A stretch of DNA of 64,000 nt from Harriotta raleighana. Lineage: Eukaryota. The notes beneath the pieces are model-generated. The model was not told the origin of the DNA, searched no databases, and saw only the letters and a program-made list of their open reading frames with translations. Shown piece after piece: positions 50,890 through 64,000 of the stretch (the stretch's first letter is position 1; every line of letters starts with the position of its first letter). The stretch covers positions 4,001,147 through 4,065,146 of the forward strand of contig JBNZDD010013681.1 in assembly GCA_050575255.1 (NCBI GenBank). Reading direction: 5' to 3'. The translations under genes were made by a program, and so were the position numbers.

Positions 50890-52816
50890 TAAGTAGTGAA
50901 GACCCCCTTGTTTTTAGTCAATGAAAGACACTGCAGGACAAGGCCACACAGACCAGAAGGTCCGAGGTTGTGTCTCTGACATTTTCATTGACAACGAAAC
51001 CTCTCTGGTGGCTCTAGTTACTCTTCATTACAATTGTCTTTGAAGGAAAATATATGAATCTGCTCCCAATTTGTGTTAACATAAACTGCTCTGAAACTCA
51101 ACTGTTACCTAGGCCCTGTTTGCACTATTACCTTTCTTAGTGAGGTGATTCCTCAGCTTACTGTATGACTACATTCTTACAACATGAAACCATTCCTTCC
51201 ATCTCTGATGTAAGAATCCACAAGACACATCTCATTGTTTCCCACTGCTTTAATCATCAAAGGCAAAATCTGTGAATCAGGCTTCTGAATTCACTTCAAA
51301 ACCACTGCTGTGCTGCTGGCTTTTCAACCACTGTCTGAAACCACTTTCTGCTCTGCAACCAGCTTTACCAATTCTGATATTAATGTGCTGACCATATCAA
51401 TGCTGAAATAGGCAGAGGCACCAAGAACTCTCTCCCAAAACCTTTTCACCTCCTCTCTCCATGAGAAATCCTTCAAAATCCTTCTAAAACCTCATCTCTT
51501 CGACTGTGTTTTTATCAACAAACAATTCTCTTCTTCCTCCATTTCCTGCTCATGTGCCAAGTGCTTTAAGATGTTCAAATGAAAATTGATGAGTGAAGTA
51601 TCTCCCGGGTCCCGCAAGCCTTTAACAAGCCCCAAATAAAATAGGTCATTCACTCTATGGCTGTGTGTTGGACATTATTGTGTGTGGACTGTCTGCTACG
51701 TTCATCCACAAAATACACAAGGTCATAACAGTGAAGGTCACCCTGTGAAGCGCTTTATAACATCCCGACAATGTAATAAATAACTATACCAAATGTAAGG
51801 ATTCAAAAAATTTGTTATAGATAGAAATGCAAGTTGTTGTATCTCATGTTTAAAATTAACAAGATCTTAACAAAAACAATAAAAAGGGAAAAAAAAGCTC
51901 TTGCTGATAATTAATTTACTCCATATGGAAGCTGCTTACTCAAGAGCATTGCTTATGGGAGATGTGAATATGTCAATTCAGCAATGTCATTGTGAACAAA
52001 CAGGCATGCGTTTTGTCTATTTACAGTTCACCTGTTCTGATGAACGATTGTCATGCTGCTTGTGCTAGATGCACTATATTTCGATGACAACACACACAGT
52101 CGTTACACTGAACAACATATTCTATGAAGCGCTTTTAGAAGTCTCAACAACGTGATAGGGCGAGGATAATTGATATGATACCAACAGCAGTTAAACGATC
52201 ACGGTACATTCAATCAGAAATTGGGGTGCTGTGCAGAATGCAATCAAAGTAGTAACCAGGGCTTAGCATTTTTGGAGATTGCTACTTTTTCCATTGAAGC
52301 GGTTCATTCGGCTCCTGTGGTGCAAGCCTGAGATGCCTTTGGATAATTGTTCCAATTAGAGAGACACATATTACAGCCCCAACCCAATCCCATCTCCAAG
52401 TGAACGGTGAGCTTTTTAAGATGACCAAATGGAAAAGAGTCTGGCAGCAAATATCTCCATGCAAGAGCACCCGAGGAAATAAAATCAACCGGCTGCTGAA
52501 AGATTTCTGAATTGGCCTGTGTTATTATAGCAGACCACCTAAAGAAGGAGCTTTCTTATTCTGGGTCAGATCAAGTTGCTAATGAAAGGAATCTTCTGAC
52601 GTGTTTTTTTTAAATGACACTTGCTTTTTGAGATATTGATAGGATGTGGACATTGTGGGTGAGGTTGGCTGATATGTGGTGGTTTGGATGTTGTTAAATA
52701 TGAATAGAAGTTCTGGGCACATCCTCCTCTTTATTATTCCTTCACTTGATGTGTAACCCTTCCTCGCACACCCCGTGTTGGAGGTTTTGAAGGAAATCTG
52801 GGGAGAAATTTCATGC

Positions 52817-53056
52817 GAGTCTAGATTTACTCAATTATAGAACATCCTGAATTTGGCGTATTCTAGGATCAAAAGAACAGGGGTAGGCTGATCTGCACTC
52901 AATATTGTTAAATATAGCGTATATTTTGAAGCTAATTTTCTTTGAGTTTTGTTTTAGAGCTCCAGAAAAACTGACTTTAAAGTTAAGATTGAATTCAACA
53001 ATTTGCCAAATTTTGAACTTTCCAAAATCTTACGTAAATGGAGTAAATCTGGACCC
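52817..53056. mobile_element. Putative MITE
   Basis: Imperfect ~20-bp inverted termini gagtctagatttactcaatt / aatggagtaaatctggaccc. Confidence 0.5.
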
Positions 53057-54959
53057 AGGTCGAATTTCTTCCCATTAAGGACAACGCTTGATGTTGGCTG
53101 ACCTAGTAAAATACAGGCTCCAACTGGCTAGAATTACTGAAAAAGTGTAAAAATTGGCCCAAAATCTCCTCCAGAGTATAGCAAAATTTATATTGCACCA
53201 AAAAATGTGAGGATAATAATTATTTAAAGGAGCAATATGCCTCACTTGATTTTGATTGTGGTGGGATCGCTTACAGTGTGATTTTACAAATTGAAAGTTA
53301 TTTGAAGTGGAACAGAAGAGGTGGTACTTTCCTGCTGAGCCTGGCATCTTAAGTGACACCAGGGTGAGAGAACCAGATGTACTACTTTACATTTTCACTT
53401 AAATACAACCTGACTACAACAGGCCTGAGCTTGTAAATATCACGAGCACAGCATTCAGCAGATAATTACAATACTACCTGTTTTGGATCAACCGAGTGAG
53501 TGCTGGAGACCAAAATCTTTACTACAAGTGACACAGGTGGGGTGTGATCAGAATGGGAAAAGCGACAGTGAGTGAGCAAGAAATTCAGCAAACGACAGCC
53601 TCACTAAACACAAAGGAGAATTTCTCCACTGTAGTACATTTTTCTAAATGTAGTGAACTGGGCATAGCATTCTCCTTCCCCATTCGAACCATAAATAATA
53701 ACAACAACAAATGCATCAGACTTTCCATTTCTGCAGTATTCCATTCAGACAGATTATCTGGAATAACACAAATGATTTATTTATTTATTAATTAATTATA
53801 ACTGCAGCTTGATTTAACAGCGTGGAGCTACCTTGAGGAGCCGATTTAAAGGTGCCATGAAGTATGTGGTTTTCCAGGCACTTCCAGCTAAGATGTGGTG
53901 AGGTAAATTGTGGTCACTTAGCCTCATTTCTTTAATGCTTTGCCAGAGTTTTGTCAGAAACCACAGTTTGCACTTTTTAAAGTGTGATACATTAAAGCAA
54001 ATCTTTGCACTCCCATCTTTTGCCAAGAATTTCACATGTGATTAACTAAATTACAGCAACGTGTTAAGATTAGTTTTCAATTATGTCAACAAACTTATTT
54101 CCGGACAGCAGCTTAAACTGAGTGGTGTCAAAGAGCAACAGAACAAAAGCCTATTACTTGCCAATGCGCTTACAAAAACAGGAATGGAAAATTTCCATTA
54201 CCTGATACAGTAGAGCCCCTCATAATACTATCTCCAGGGGGGTGAGGGTCATAAAGTCAGTGGAGCATATGTGTTCTCTATTAGTGAAGGAGATCTAAAC
54301 AGTGTGTGGTATAGGAAGCTCAGCGATTGAAATTCCATCTAGTCTCAGACCAATTAAAATTGTTTTGTCTTCTAATTTAAGAATCGGCTGAATAATTTGG
54401 AATAGTCTTAATCTGAATTTAGGAAGTGGGTTCCCTCAATTCATAAAAATAATCGATTTCAAAATCACTGAATTTACCCTAATTAAGCTCTGAAATCAAA
54501 TCTGGAATTTTAGGCATTACTGTAGTTTATCTTTACATACTGATTAGGTCATCTTCTGTCACACAAAAAAGGGAAATGATCAAATTTCTAAACTTTAAAT
54601 ATGCTGGAAGAATGTATTCTGCAATTCAATTACACATTTCTTATTGTGAAATTCTGTTTATTGGATCCCACAATCAGAGAGTCTTAATCAGGCAATTTAC
54701 TCCAAATACACTAAATTAGTTTGACCAAAAGGGTTTGTGTTTTTTCAACATTTGGCAGGGAAAAAATTCACCATCATCATAATAATAGGTTCTTCACAGA
54801 ATCTATTGTAGAGTGGATTCACTGTACATGTTGTACTCTTCAAGAAGGAAATTGGTTAATACTGAAAGATGAAGCACCTTTTGCTTTTCATCAGCATTCC
54901 TAGGTCTGGTCTAGCATAGCCAATTTGCGCACAGCTAAGTCTCACAAACAGCTTCTATA

Positions 54960-55345
54960 TTCAGGTTGTATTGAAGACTATTCCACACTATTCTGCATTA
55001 GCCTGGACTGACACTCCATTGGAGTCCTGGTGAAGTGTTGCATAGTTGGAGATACTTGGGTTAACATCTCATCTTCAGATAGCCTCCCGTTAGCCTGTTC
55101 AAGGTGACAGACCCCATGGTAGTATTTGAAAAGATAAGATGTGTTTCCCAGGATCCTAGCCAACAATCATCTTGAGAAAATTGTTCGTACACACCATGGC
55201 TGGTTGCGGAATGTGGCTGTGCGCAAATTGCCTGCTGCATTCATCGACAGAATATGCTGTCATTACACTTTATAATAAATCCTATAAAGTGCTTTGAGGC
55301 ATCCTCCAATGTGAAAGCCACTATATCAAATGCAAAAATTATTAT
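54960..55345 (+). mobile_element. Older Deu-domain SINE
   Basis: gcctgttcaaggtgacagaccccatggtagtatttgaa...gctgtgcgcaaattgcctgc and tail. Part of the central domain (~54975-55085) reads antisense. Confidence 0.55.
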
Positions 55346-55641
55346 GCTTGGCATCCAACCACTGTGCATAGCTCCAAGATGCCTATCCTATGTGAAGGGT
55401 ATTAATCTAAAACCTAGTTGTTGTGGTGGTTGTTTCTGCATGTGTCAGACACAAGGCTGACCAAAACAAGCCCCTGCAGCACCCGATTCCCTCACATGGG
55501 ATAGGATAACAGTCGGAAACAAACATCTATTTCAACCGCAGGGTTGAATAGCCAAAAATAAATTAGCAATACTCAAATACCGACACGGTTTGTTCCTTTT
55601 GAATCTATTAATTCATTGAACATGTTTCTTTTTCTCCCCAG

Positions 55642-55898
55642 GTCTCTTCTTGATCCTTGGCCTGATCCTGTACCCTGCTGGATGGGGTTCTCAGAAAGTA
55701 GTGGACTACTGTGGACCTGAGGTTTCACCTTATCAGCTGGGCGAGTGTTCTCTGGGCTGGGCCTTTTACACAGCCGTCGGGGGCACTGTCCTTACATTCC
55801 TCTGTGCAGTTCTATCGGCACAGGCAGAGATCGCAACATCCAGCGATAAAGTACAGGAAGAGATTGAAGAAGGCAAGAGTCTGATCTGCTTGCTGTGA
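55642..55898 (+). CDS. LHFPL2: LHFPL2 last coding exon
   Basis: Pyrimidine tract and CAG acceptor (tttctttttctccccag|GT) at 55641/55642. Phase 1 restores [25 protein letters not shown]...[26 protein letters not shown]. Joined CDS is 430+257=687 nt, 228 aa. Confidence 0.97.
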
Positions 55899-56724
55899 GA
55901 AGACAAATTTGTCCAGAGGCTTTTCGGGGTCTCTCTCTTTTTTTTACTTTTGACAATTTGTTTGGGGGAAAAAAAAATCTGGAGCGCTAAATGTTTTTAA
56001 CTCTACTACCTTCCTCCTGTATCTGAACTCCACATCTGTACATGTACAAGTCAGCAATGTCAGACTGAATTCCATTCAAAGACTGATGGAACAGGATGCA
56101 GGTCGGGTCACTTGAGTGGCCCACACCGGCTTACATAGCTAGCAGCTGTGATAAATGGAGAACCTTTGGATACTGTGCTTTCATCCTGGTCTGTGGGATT
56201 TCCTTTTAAATTTCCTAGACTGTACAGTATTGAGGCAGACAGTTTTTTTTTTTAAAAAGAGCTGCCAACAGACAAAGACTTCTGTCAGTAAAGAGGCCAT
56301 AGCAACCTTTTTTTTAAAAAGCTCGTATAATAAAGTTGGATTATTGCAAAAAAAATCACTTTTGAAATTTTTTGTCTAGGGAAATGATTTCCACCAGAAA
56401 AGCTTGAGTTTCTATGAGGTGCAGTGTTGCCTTTCCTATAATTGCAGCCAACAGTTTTGCAATGTGCAGAGCGTACATTTGCTCCTATCCATTACATCAG
56501 GAAGCTTTGCAGAAACATGCCTCACCAAAAAGAATTGTGGCGTTTTACGGAGCTCATGGCCCGAACGCCTAATTTATAATCAAAATTATATCTCAAGCTG
56601 TTTCGATTAAAAATATGTGATTTGTTCCGCTTAAGTCCGCATTGTGTCTGTTGAGCGGTGCAGCTTGGCTGGTATTTTCAGAGACTTTGTTTAACATCAT
56701 CAGGAAACACAAGAACCTTATTGC

Positions 56725-56734
56725 AATAAATAAA
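56725..56734 (+). promoter_or_regulatory. Candidate LHFPL2 polyadenylation signal (proximal)
   Basis: Overlapping AATAAATAAA followed by T-rich ttgatttgttttat, about 830 nt after the stop codon. Confidence 0.35.
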
Positions 56735-58255
56735 AGATCCAGAAGGTTGATTTGTTTTATTAATCGGATCTACGAAAACCTGTTACTTGTGCTTAAGAGT
56801 ATCCAAACCTATGCCACCTACACATGTGTCTGGAATGGAATGCACACTATCTCCCTTGAGGGACACATCTGCTTACCCAATTCAGGGAGAGTGCACATTG
56901 CATCTCAGGGAAATTACCATGAGTAGCTTTCGTACATATGTGGAATTCTCAAGTCTGATTCGGACTGTGACAAAGGCAAGTCTGCCTCTGAACATCTTTA
57001 CTGTACAAAAGAAGTTGCAAACCAGATTGTATTGTAGATACTTTAACGTTGATCATTGACTTTGATATTTCACAATTAAATAATGGCAGCATGATTGCTA
57101 GCTGTGGTATCAACACATAAAATAACAGGCTATTTATGTTTTTTTTAGTTACATCATTGTAAAGGCTATCATGAGTGCTGCAAATGCAAATTCAGTCATC
57201 TCAGAAAGTCTGCCATGAACTTAAGTATGAACCTTAAAATTAATGAACTGTGAACCCTACCAGACTGAAGAAAGCCATATTCCTAGAGACACAATGCAAC
57301 CAGCACCATGATCATCACTCAACACCAGGATTGATTCCTGATGTTGTCAAAATCTATTGCCATTTGCGAAATGTCTAATACCACTAAGTGTAACTTGCTG
57401 TCATTTGCAGTTTCAGTACCTCTGGGTTACGTTAGATATTTGAGTAAGTTTGAAACAATATTTACAATTACAAATGAAAGGGATATTCAATGCAAGTCAG
57501 TACTCTTAATAGTGCCATTTTCAATCAAATTCCACCAGTGACCTTACCAGAAACTAGCCTATCTTAATCCAGAGCCAGTTAGATGGAACACATTGAAGCA
57601 CAGGAGTTTCAGATTTCGAGGGTCCAATTATCTGGCTCATCTCTAAATCATTCCGTGCAAGATAACACCACTACAATTTTTGTTGAGCTAGAAATTAATT
57701 AAGTTTTCTTTAAAAAAAAGGCAAAATCATTTATTTTGTGAAATTAAGGAAAGATGCACAGGGAAAGTTGGGTTTAAGTAACCCAAATGAAATGTGATGT
57801 ATTCTAAAACCGGTAAGGCTTGATGTAATGTCAATTGGTTGCAACGGGGCATCAACAGCTGAAGGTTCTTGTGCACAGAAGTGAACTATTTCAGATGTGA
57901 AGTACTGTAAAAGAAACAGACTTCAGCTGAGGAAGCGTGCTCTGCTTGTGAATTAAGTGATTTGGTGCACTGCAAAAGCTGAATTGCCAAAGTTATCAGT
58001 GCTATCAAACCAGTGTTCATTTTTAGCTCTTCACCATAATCAACATTACACAAGAAGGACTACAAACTACAACAGCAAAATTACATTTATAGAGAGCCTT
58101 TCATGTCGGGAGAACATTGATGCTATACTTAAGCATTTCTGGCTAACATTTGTTGTTCAGTAACCCAGTGTTTCAAATATTGTGCCATAGTTGTTGTTGT
58201 TTTTACATTATTTAAAATTTATACACAGTGTGTGTAAGATATGTGCAATAATAAT

Positions 58256-58261
58256 AATAAA
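58256..58261 (+). promoter_or_regulatory. Candidate LHFPL2 polyadenylation signal (distal)
   Basis: AATAAA with upstream TGTA and downstream GT-rich ttgtattcttgtgtgtgg. Confidence 0.45.
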
Positions 58262-59161
58262 AAACACAAAATTGCCTATTGTATTCTTGTGTGTGGAAGG
58301 AAGAGATGCAGATTTTGAACTGGGGCTGATGTGATGGACCTCATCCATTCTTATTCTCTGTAAGGGTAGCACTCTTATTCATTAGCACACACATCATTTC
58401 TTAATAAATTCTGGAATACTAGCTAGCCTTCTCTATATATGGATAGGCCATCTCAAATTGGGACAATGCAGTCAAATGTCCAGTACTCATAGACACAAAC
58501 AATAGTTTATGTGAAGAGAATTACTCTAAATATATTTAATTGTTTCACTCACAAAATACACAGTCAATCCACTTTCCGATATATTTTGTGATGCGCTTTG
58601 AGACGTCTCAACTAAGCGATAAGGAGCTACAGGTATACCAAATTTAAGGATTATTAATATTGTTGAAAATTAAGTGATTGTCCTTGGGTGGTGCTGTCAC
58701 TGTGAATTGGAGAAACATTTGTGGAGTAATAATCTGTTACACCACAGGATGGATTCAGGGAATGCAAATCCAGAACTATTTTCACCCCTTGATTCAAATT
58801 GCCCCAAATTAATGGAATAACTTCAGCCTGTCAGAGCCAAAGTAAACATGAAGGGCTATGTAGAAACCCATCTTTGCTACTCCACTCTCGATAACATTTT
58901 CAATAGCCTCGGGAGTAGCCCACCACTCCATGCCCTCTCAATTGCCATATAATTTACTGTAGAATTAATGCCTTGGCCAAAATAAAATGACTGGAATGGA
59001 ATACATTTTATTTTGTGGTTGAATTTAATATAGACTAAAAAAAAAGGGTTGCAGCAAGTTTTACCTACCGGATATTGCCCCAAAATATTAAAATGGCATG
59101 TATCTACTGTTTAATATATTGGCCTCCATAGCACAATTGAGGCTCTGTTATCTTGTCAAAC

Positions 59162-59365
59162 ATAATAATAATCCTTGCATTTGATATAGCGCTTTTCACA
59201 TATTATCGACGTCTCAAAGCGCTTCACAAACTACTGTGCTGTGAATTGACTGTATATTTGTGGGCAAAATGAGACAGCCAATTGCACACAGCAGTGTCCC
59301 ACAAACAGTCATGGATTGAAATGACCAATTTTATTATTGTGTTTTTTTTGGACGGATTATTATCC
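59162..59365 (-). mobile_element. SINE 3' part
   Basis: Antisense tail and core. Confidence 0.85.
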
Positions 59366-61404
59366 AATGTAAAGAATGTAAAGAATTTGTCAGCAGTTTT
59401 GTCAGCCCTATTTCAAAGCATCACTTACATGCCTATTTACACCGTAATGATTAGATTCAATATCAATGATGAAATCCCATAGTAGCTAATTGTTAAATGG
59501 CCAGTTGGAAGTCGCTCTTTGTAGTCAAACCCCAGTTAAATGTAATCTTTCTAATGTTGTTGCTCATGTTGATGGAGATTTATTGAACACAAACCTCAAA
59601 ACCAAAATGTCTTCATACATCAGAATGCAAAATGAGAGTCCTTGAAGCAATACCATTGACTCAGCTTGTTGTTACAATGAACCACTATCATTAAATTACT
59701 GAATTTGTGGTTGAATAAACAGTTGCCTGTTGGAGGCGTAGAGTATTATTCGAACAGATCTGCCAAGCTGTTCGGCAGAGCTGCCCAGTAAACACTCAGT
59801 TGGCCATTCTCCCTATTAATGTAATGAATTCAGCAATAATATTGGATGGTTTCTCCGTTCCCACAACGCTGAATAATTCTGTGCAACACTGAATTATTAA
59901 ACCTATTGATATGTTTCATACTTTAGTGTGGCTGTTGTGTTTCATACAACACATGCTAAGCATAATCAATTTCTAAATTGTTTAACCTTTTTTCTCACAA
60001 AATCAAACTAGATGATGCTACTCCTATCTAATATTGAGCTTGGACAATTGGTAGTGATTTGTCCTTTGTTTTAACTGGCTTTTCAGAGAGTGCCACAGCA
60101 CCTGATAATACAGTTGATTTCAATATTTAACAGTAACAATATAAGTTGGTGTGTCAGCTCTCTATGCAGTACACAGAGATCGATTAAATTAAAAAGCTGC
60201 ACCTTCCATTCATTAGAAACTATTTTTGTTTGAACTTAATATAACTTCAGCCTGTCACAGGCACTTTGTAACCCCAGAACCCCAAGAATCACCTCATTCA
60301 AGAGAGTATAAAAGTACAGGGAAGAGAGCAACTATTTATATTTAGAGCTGGGAGGGAGTGCTGCAAAGGGACTGCTGTATTGGTCTCCTAACTGAAGCTC
60401 CTGTGGCAACTCCTGTGGAGGGAAAAGAGTTAATTTCAGACACTGATAATGAAAGGAAGTAATGAGGGCTTCTGCCAATTTAATAGGGGATAAATGCATG
60501 AAAAAATCTGCACTTTATGGTATTTTATCAAGTTGCTTGAACACCTCAAAGCACTTCACAGGACTTATTCTAAAGTGAGGTAACTGTAATTGTAGGCAAA
60601 TGTAACAGACAATTTTTGTGTACAGCAATATTTCACCAACGGTCAGCTCATAACAACCACAAAATTACATTTGTATAGCGCCTTTCACATCGGAAGGACA
60701 TCCCAAGGTGCTGGATGGTCAATGTTTCAGACCTGAGGTGGGGTTGTGATTCGGGAAGATGGAGGGAAGGGAGGGGACCGATGGCACTGTCGAAGAAGGT
60801 CTTTTATCTAGGGGATTCTTGCCCAGGAGACTAGGAGATGCTCCCTTCTCTTATCAAATAGTGTCATGGGGCTGTAATATCCACCTGAACAGGCAGGAAT
60901 ATGGGACGTCACCTCAAGAATAGCACCTCCAGCAATATCAGGAACTGATTCTTCTGTATTCTTTCTTGGCAAACATTAATATATAATTTAGTTAATTTCA
61001 AGAGTCTAAAGCATGTATTAATAATGTAAACCCAACCATTGGCTTGAAATGTTGTGTAATGAGGTGGGATGTTAACATATTGACTTGGAATGCAGTGGGT
61101 TGCTACAATACATTAAAGATTGGGAACAAAACTGGATCTTTAAAGTCCGGCACCCTCTTAACTTTAACCAAGATTCAGACTGAGGCCAACATCAACCCTC
61201 ATTACCACTGCTCCAGCTCACAACAGCAAACTCAGCACAGGCCAGGAGAGCATTTAAATCATGGCTCTTTCAGATCTGATGGAATAACCCCTCAGGCTGT
61301 GCGATTATTCATTGATCCAGAAGGAGAGCAGCTCAGACAACTCCAATAACCATCCGTTTCTCATGCTTTCAGTAGGCACAAATGAGTTTATTGCTCCTTA
61401 TAAA

Positions 61405-61590
61405 ACAAAAAAAAACAAAAAAAATTGGTCACATCAATCCACGACTGTTTGTGGGACACTGCTGTGCGCAATTGGCTGCCGCATTTCACCCACAAATATA
61501 CAGTCAATTCACTTTTCAATATATTTTGTGAAGCACTCTGAGACAGCTAGAGGAAGGAAAAAGTACTGTATCAAATTCAAGGCTTATTAA
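61405..61590 (+). mobile_element. SINE 3' part
   Basis: Core cgactgtttgtgggacactgctgtgcgcaattggctgccgc and tail. Confidence 0.85.
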
Positions 61591-61989
61591 TATACTGTAG
61601 TTTAAATTCCTTTTGGTGCACTTATTATCCCTTAGCAGGAACCTCGACCCCAAAGTTACCCCAAAATTAATCTCAAGGAGTCTCCTATGAAATGTTTGTA
61701 AGCTGCCCAAATAATTTAACTCTCACACAAGTACAAATGTAGATTTCAGTGCACAACCACAGCACAATTACCAGACCTCCCCTCCCCACATAAGCATTGG
61801 CTTTGAATTTCTGCTCAGTGCTTTGTGAGAAAGTGGCACTGGAGGGAAATTAAGCTTTTGTGTGGAGACAGAAGAATCCAGTCTTTGTCTTCACAGGAAA
61901 CAAAGATGTTTCTCAGATTTATAACTATAGAAGCTTCATCTCTTTCTTCTCCTGCTTCCATAAAATATGTGTTGTCATGCTGGGCAGAA

Positions 61990-63640
61990 AGTAGAGACAG
62001 TCAAACTATATAATATTAGTAAAGGAATGGTTTTAGGTAAATTGTCAGATCTTAAAACCCATAAATCCTCTGGACCGGATGGCCTGCATCCAAGAGTTTT
62101 AAAGGAGGTGGCTACTGAGATGGTGGATGGTTTGTCTATAATCTTCCAAAATTCTCTGGATACTGGAAAAGTCTTCATTGATTGAAAGATTGCAAACGTA
62201 ACTCCACTATTTAAGAAGGATGGGAGAGAAAATATGGGAAACTATAGACCAGTTAGTCTGACGTCAGTGGTAGGGAAAATTCTTGAGTCCTTAATTAAAG
62301 ATGTCGTTATGGGATACCTGGAAAACCATAAAAAGATTAGGGAGAGTCAACATGGCTTTACAAAAGGGAAGTCATGCTTGACTAATCTTTTAAGAGTTTT
62401 TTGAGGATGTATCCAGCAGGTTGGATAGGGGGAATCAGTAGATGAGGTATATTTAGATTTTAAGAAAGCATTTGATAAAGTGCCACACAAAAGGCTGTTA
62501 CTCAAAATTAAGGCCCACGGGATTAGTGTGAACATATTAACATGGATAGAAGAGTGGCTAACGGGTAGAAAACAGAAAGTAGGGATAAACGGGTCATTCT
62601 CCAATTGGCAGGATGTAACTAGCGGAGTGCCACAAGGATCAATACTTGGGCCTCAGCTATTTACATCAATGATCTAGACGAGGACATTGAATGTAATGTG
62701 TCTAAATTCGCAGATGTCACTAAACTAGGTAGGAGAGTGAGCTCTAAGGATGATGCAAAAAGATTGCAACAAGATATAGATAGGCTAGGGGAGTGGACAA
62801 GTAGGTGGCAGATGGAATTTAATGTTGGCAAGTGTGAAATTATTCACCTAGGTAGCAAAAATAAAAGAATAGATTATTTTCTAGAGGGGGAGAGGTTAGA
62901 TAGTGTTAGTATTCAAAGAGATTTGGGTGCCCTTGTATACCAGTCTCAAAAAGTTAATTTGTAGGTGCAGCAAGCAACTAAGAAGGCGAACGGCATGCTA
63001 GCGTTCATTTCAAAAAGTTCATAGAGTACAAGAGTAGGGAAGTCTTGCTGCAACTGTCTAGGGCTTTAGTGAGACCACACCTAGAGTATTGTGTGCAGTT
63101 TTGGTCTCCTTATTTAAAAATGGACATACAGTACTTGCCTTAGAGGGGGTGCAGCGTAGATTCACTAGGTTAGTTCCCGGGATGAGGGGACTGACTTATG
63201 AGTATAGGTTGAATAAACTAGGGCTTATTCTCTAAAGTACAGAAGAATTAGGGGGATCTTTATTGAAACATATAAAATTCTTAAAGGGCTGGATAACGTA
63301 GACACTGAGGAACTGTTTTCCCTGGTAGGAGAATCTATAACCAGGAGTCACAGTTTTAAAATTAAGGGTCAGCCTTTTAGAACAGAGTTGAGGAAACATT
63401 TCTTCACTAAGAGGGTAGTGAATTTATGGAATTCACTATCCCGGAAGGCTGCAGATGCTCAGTCCTTGAACATTTTCAAGGCTGAGACTGATAATTTTTT
63501 TAAAAACAGAGGGATTAGGGGATATGGGGATAGGGTAGGTAATCAGAGTTAGGTCAGAAGATCAGCCATGATCTTATTGAATGGCGGGGCAGGCTCAAAG
63601 GGCCGAATGGCCCACTTCTGCTCCTAATTCTTATGTTCTT
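61990..63640 (+). mobile_element. CR1-clade LINE, 5'-truncated, inactivated ORF2 (RT) plus 3' end
   Basis: Motifs KSSGPDGLHPRVLKE, NYRPVSLTS, KAFDKVPHKRLL, GVPQGSILGP, SKFAD.TKLG spread over several frames with stops and frameshifts; ends gggccgaatggccc...cttatgttctt. Confidence 0.93.
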
Positions 63641-64000
63641 ATAATGTAGCATTCTGACAACACTTTAAGGCCAAGGCTCCTGTTTTTGTAGTATACAAAC
63701 TAATACTGACTAAAACAATTCAGAGCAAATATAATTTACTGGGACATTAAATATAAGGCTGACTCAATAAGTCTAAATACATTATGTGACCTTAACTCAA
63801 GAGTGCACAGGGTTTTTTCTAAATGAAGGGGCAAAATAGATTAATGTGTACCAGGAAAGACAAAAAGATGCCAGGTTTGTGAAATAAAATTCAACTTGAC
63901 CTTACAAAATGAGTTTCTGGAATTGGTTCATACCAGTGTTACTTTACAGTATTATTCTACAAAGGCTCAAACAATAAAGAATCCCAGTTATCTTTCATTG

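Noticed and set aside
54240-54430. Possible LF-SINE-like relic
   Set aside because: Too degenerate to call by eye.
58817-60257. 17-bp direct match ataacttcagcctgtca at 58817 and 60241
   Set aside because: Too short, with no extended flanking similarity; chance or remnants of an old repeat.
1130-61590. Recurring conserved ~35-nt motifs suggesting a CRISPR-like array
   Set aside because: Copies are dispersed, in both orientations and embedded in ~300-bp SINEs; there is no regular repeat-spacer period.
61967-62964. Reverse-transcriptase ORF pieces as a functional RT, retron or DGR-like system
   Set aside because: Ordinary 5'-truncated CR1 ORF2 with stops and frameshifts in a vertebrate context.

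Overview
Vertebrate (not microbial) genomic DNA. The repeat content points to a cartilaginous fish, probably a holocephalan/chimaera (inference). The only supported protein-coding gene is LHFPL2 on the + strand: two coding exons (34375-34804 and 55642-55898), a 20.8-kb phase-1 GT-AG intron, and a 228-aa product. Candidate non-coding 5' exons, uORFs and poly(A) signals accompany it. The rest is intronic/intergenic and dense in decayed retroelements: a tRNA-headed, L2-tailed SINE (more than 20 copies, long and short variants), older Deu-domain SINEs, L2 and CR1 LINE fragments, a Penelope-like fragment with a degenerate hammerhead ribozyme, and a few MITEs. Nearly all other ORFs in the track are repeat-derived or spurious. 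I found no new multi-gene system. The most notable observations are an apparent 1.7-kb deletion allele captured between two Ns, the Penelope/hammerhead remnant with a locally templated insertion, a perfect 19-bp hairpin just inside the LHFPL2 intron, inverted SINEs bracketing the first coding exon, and an old repeat family I cannot name. Repeat boundaries were read by eye and are approximate.
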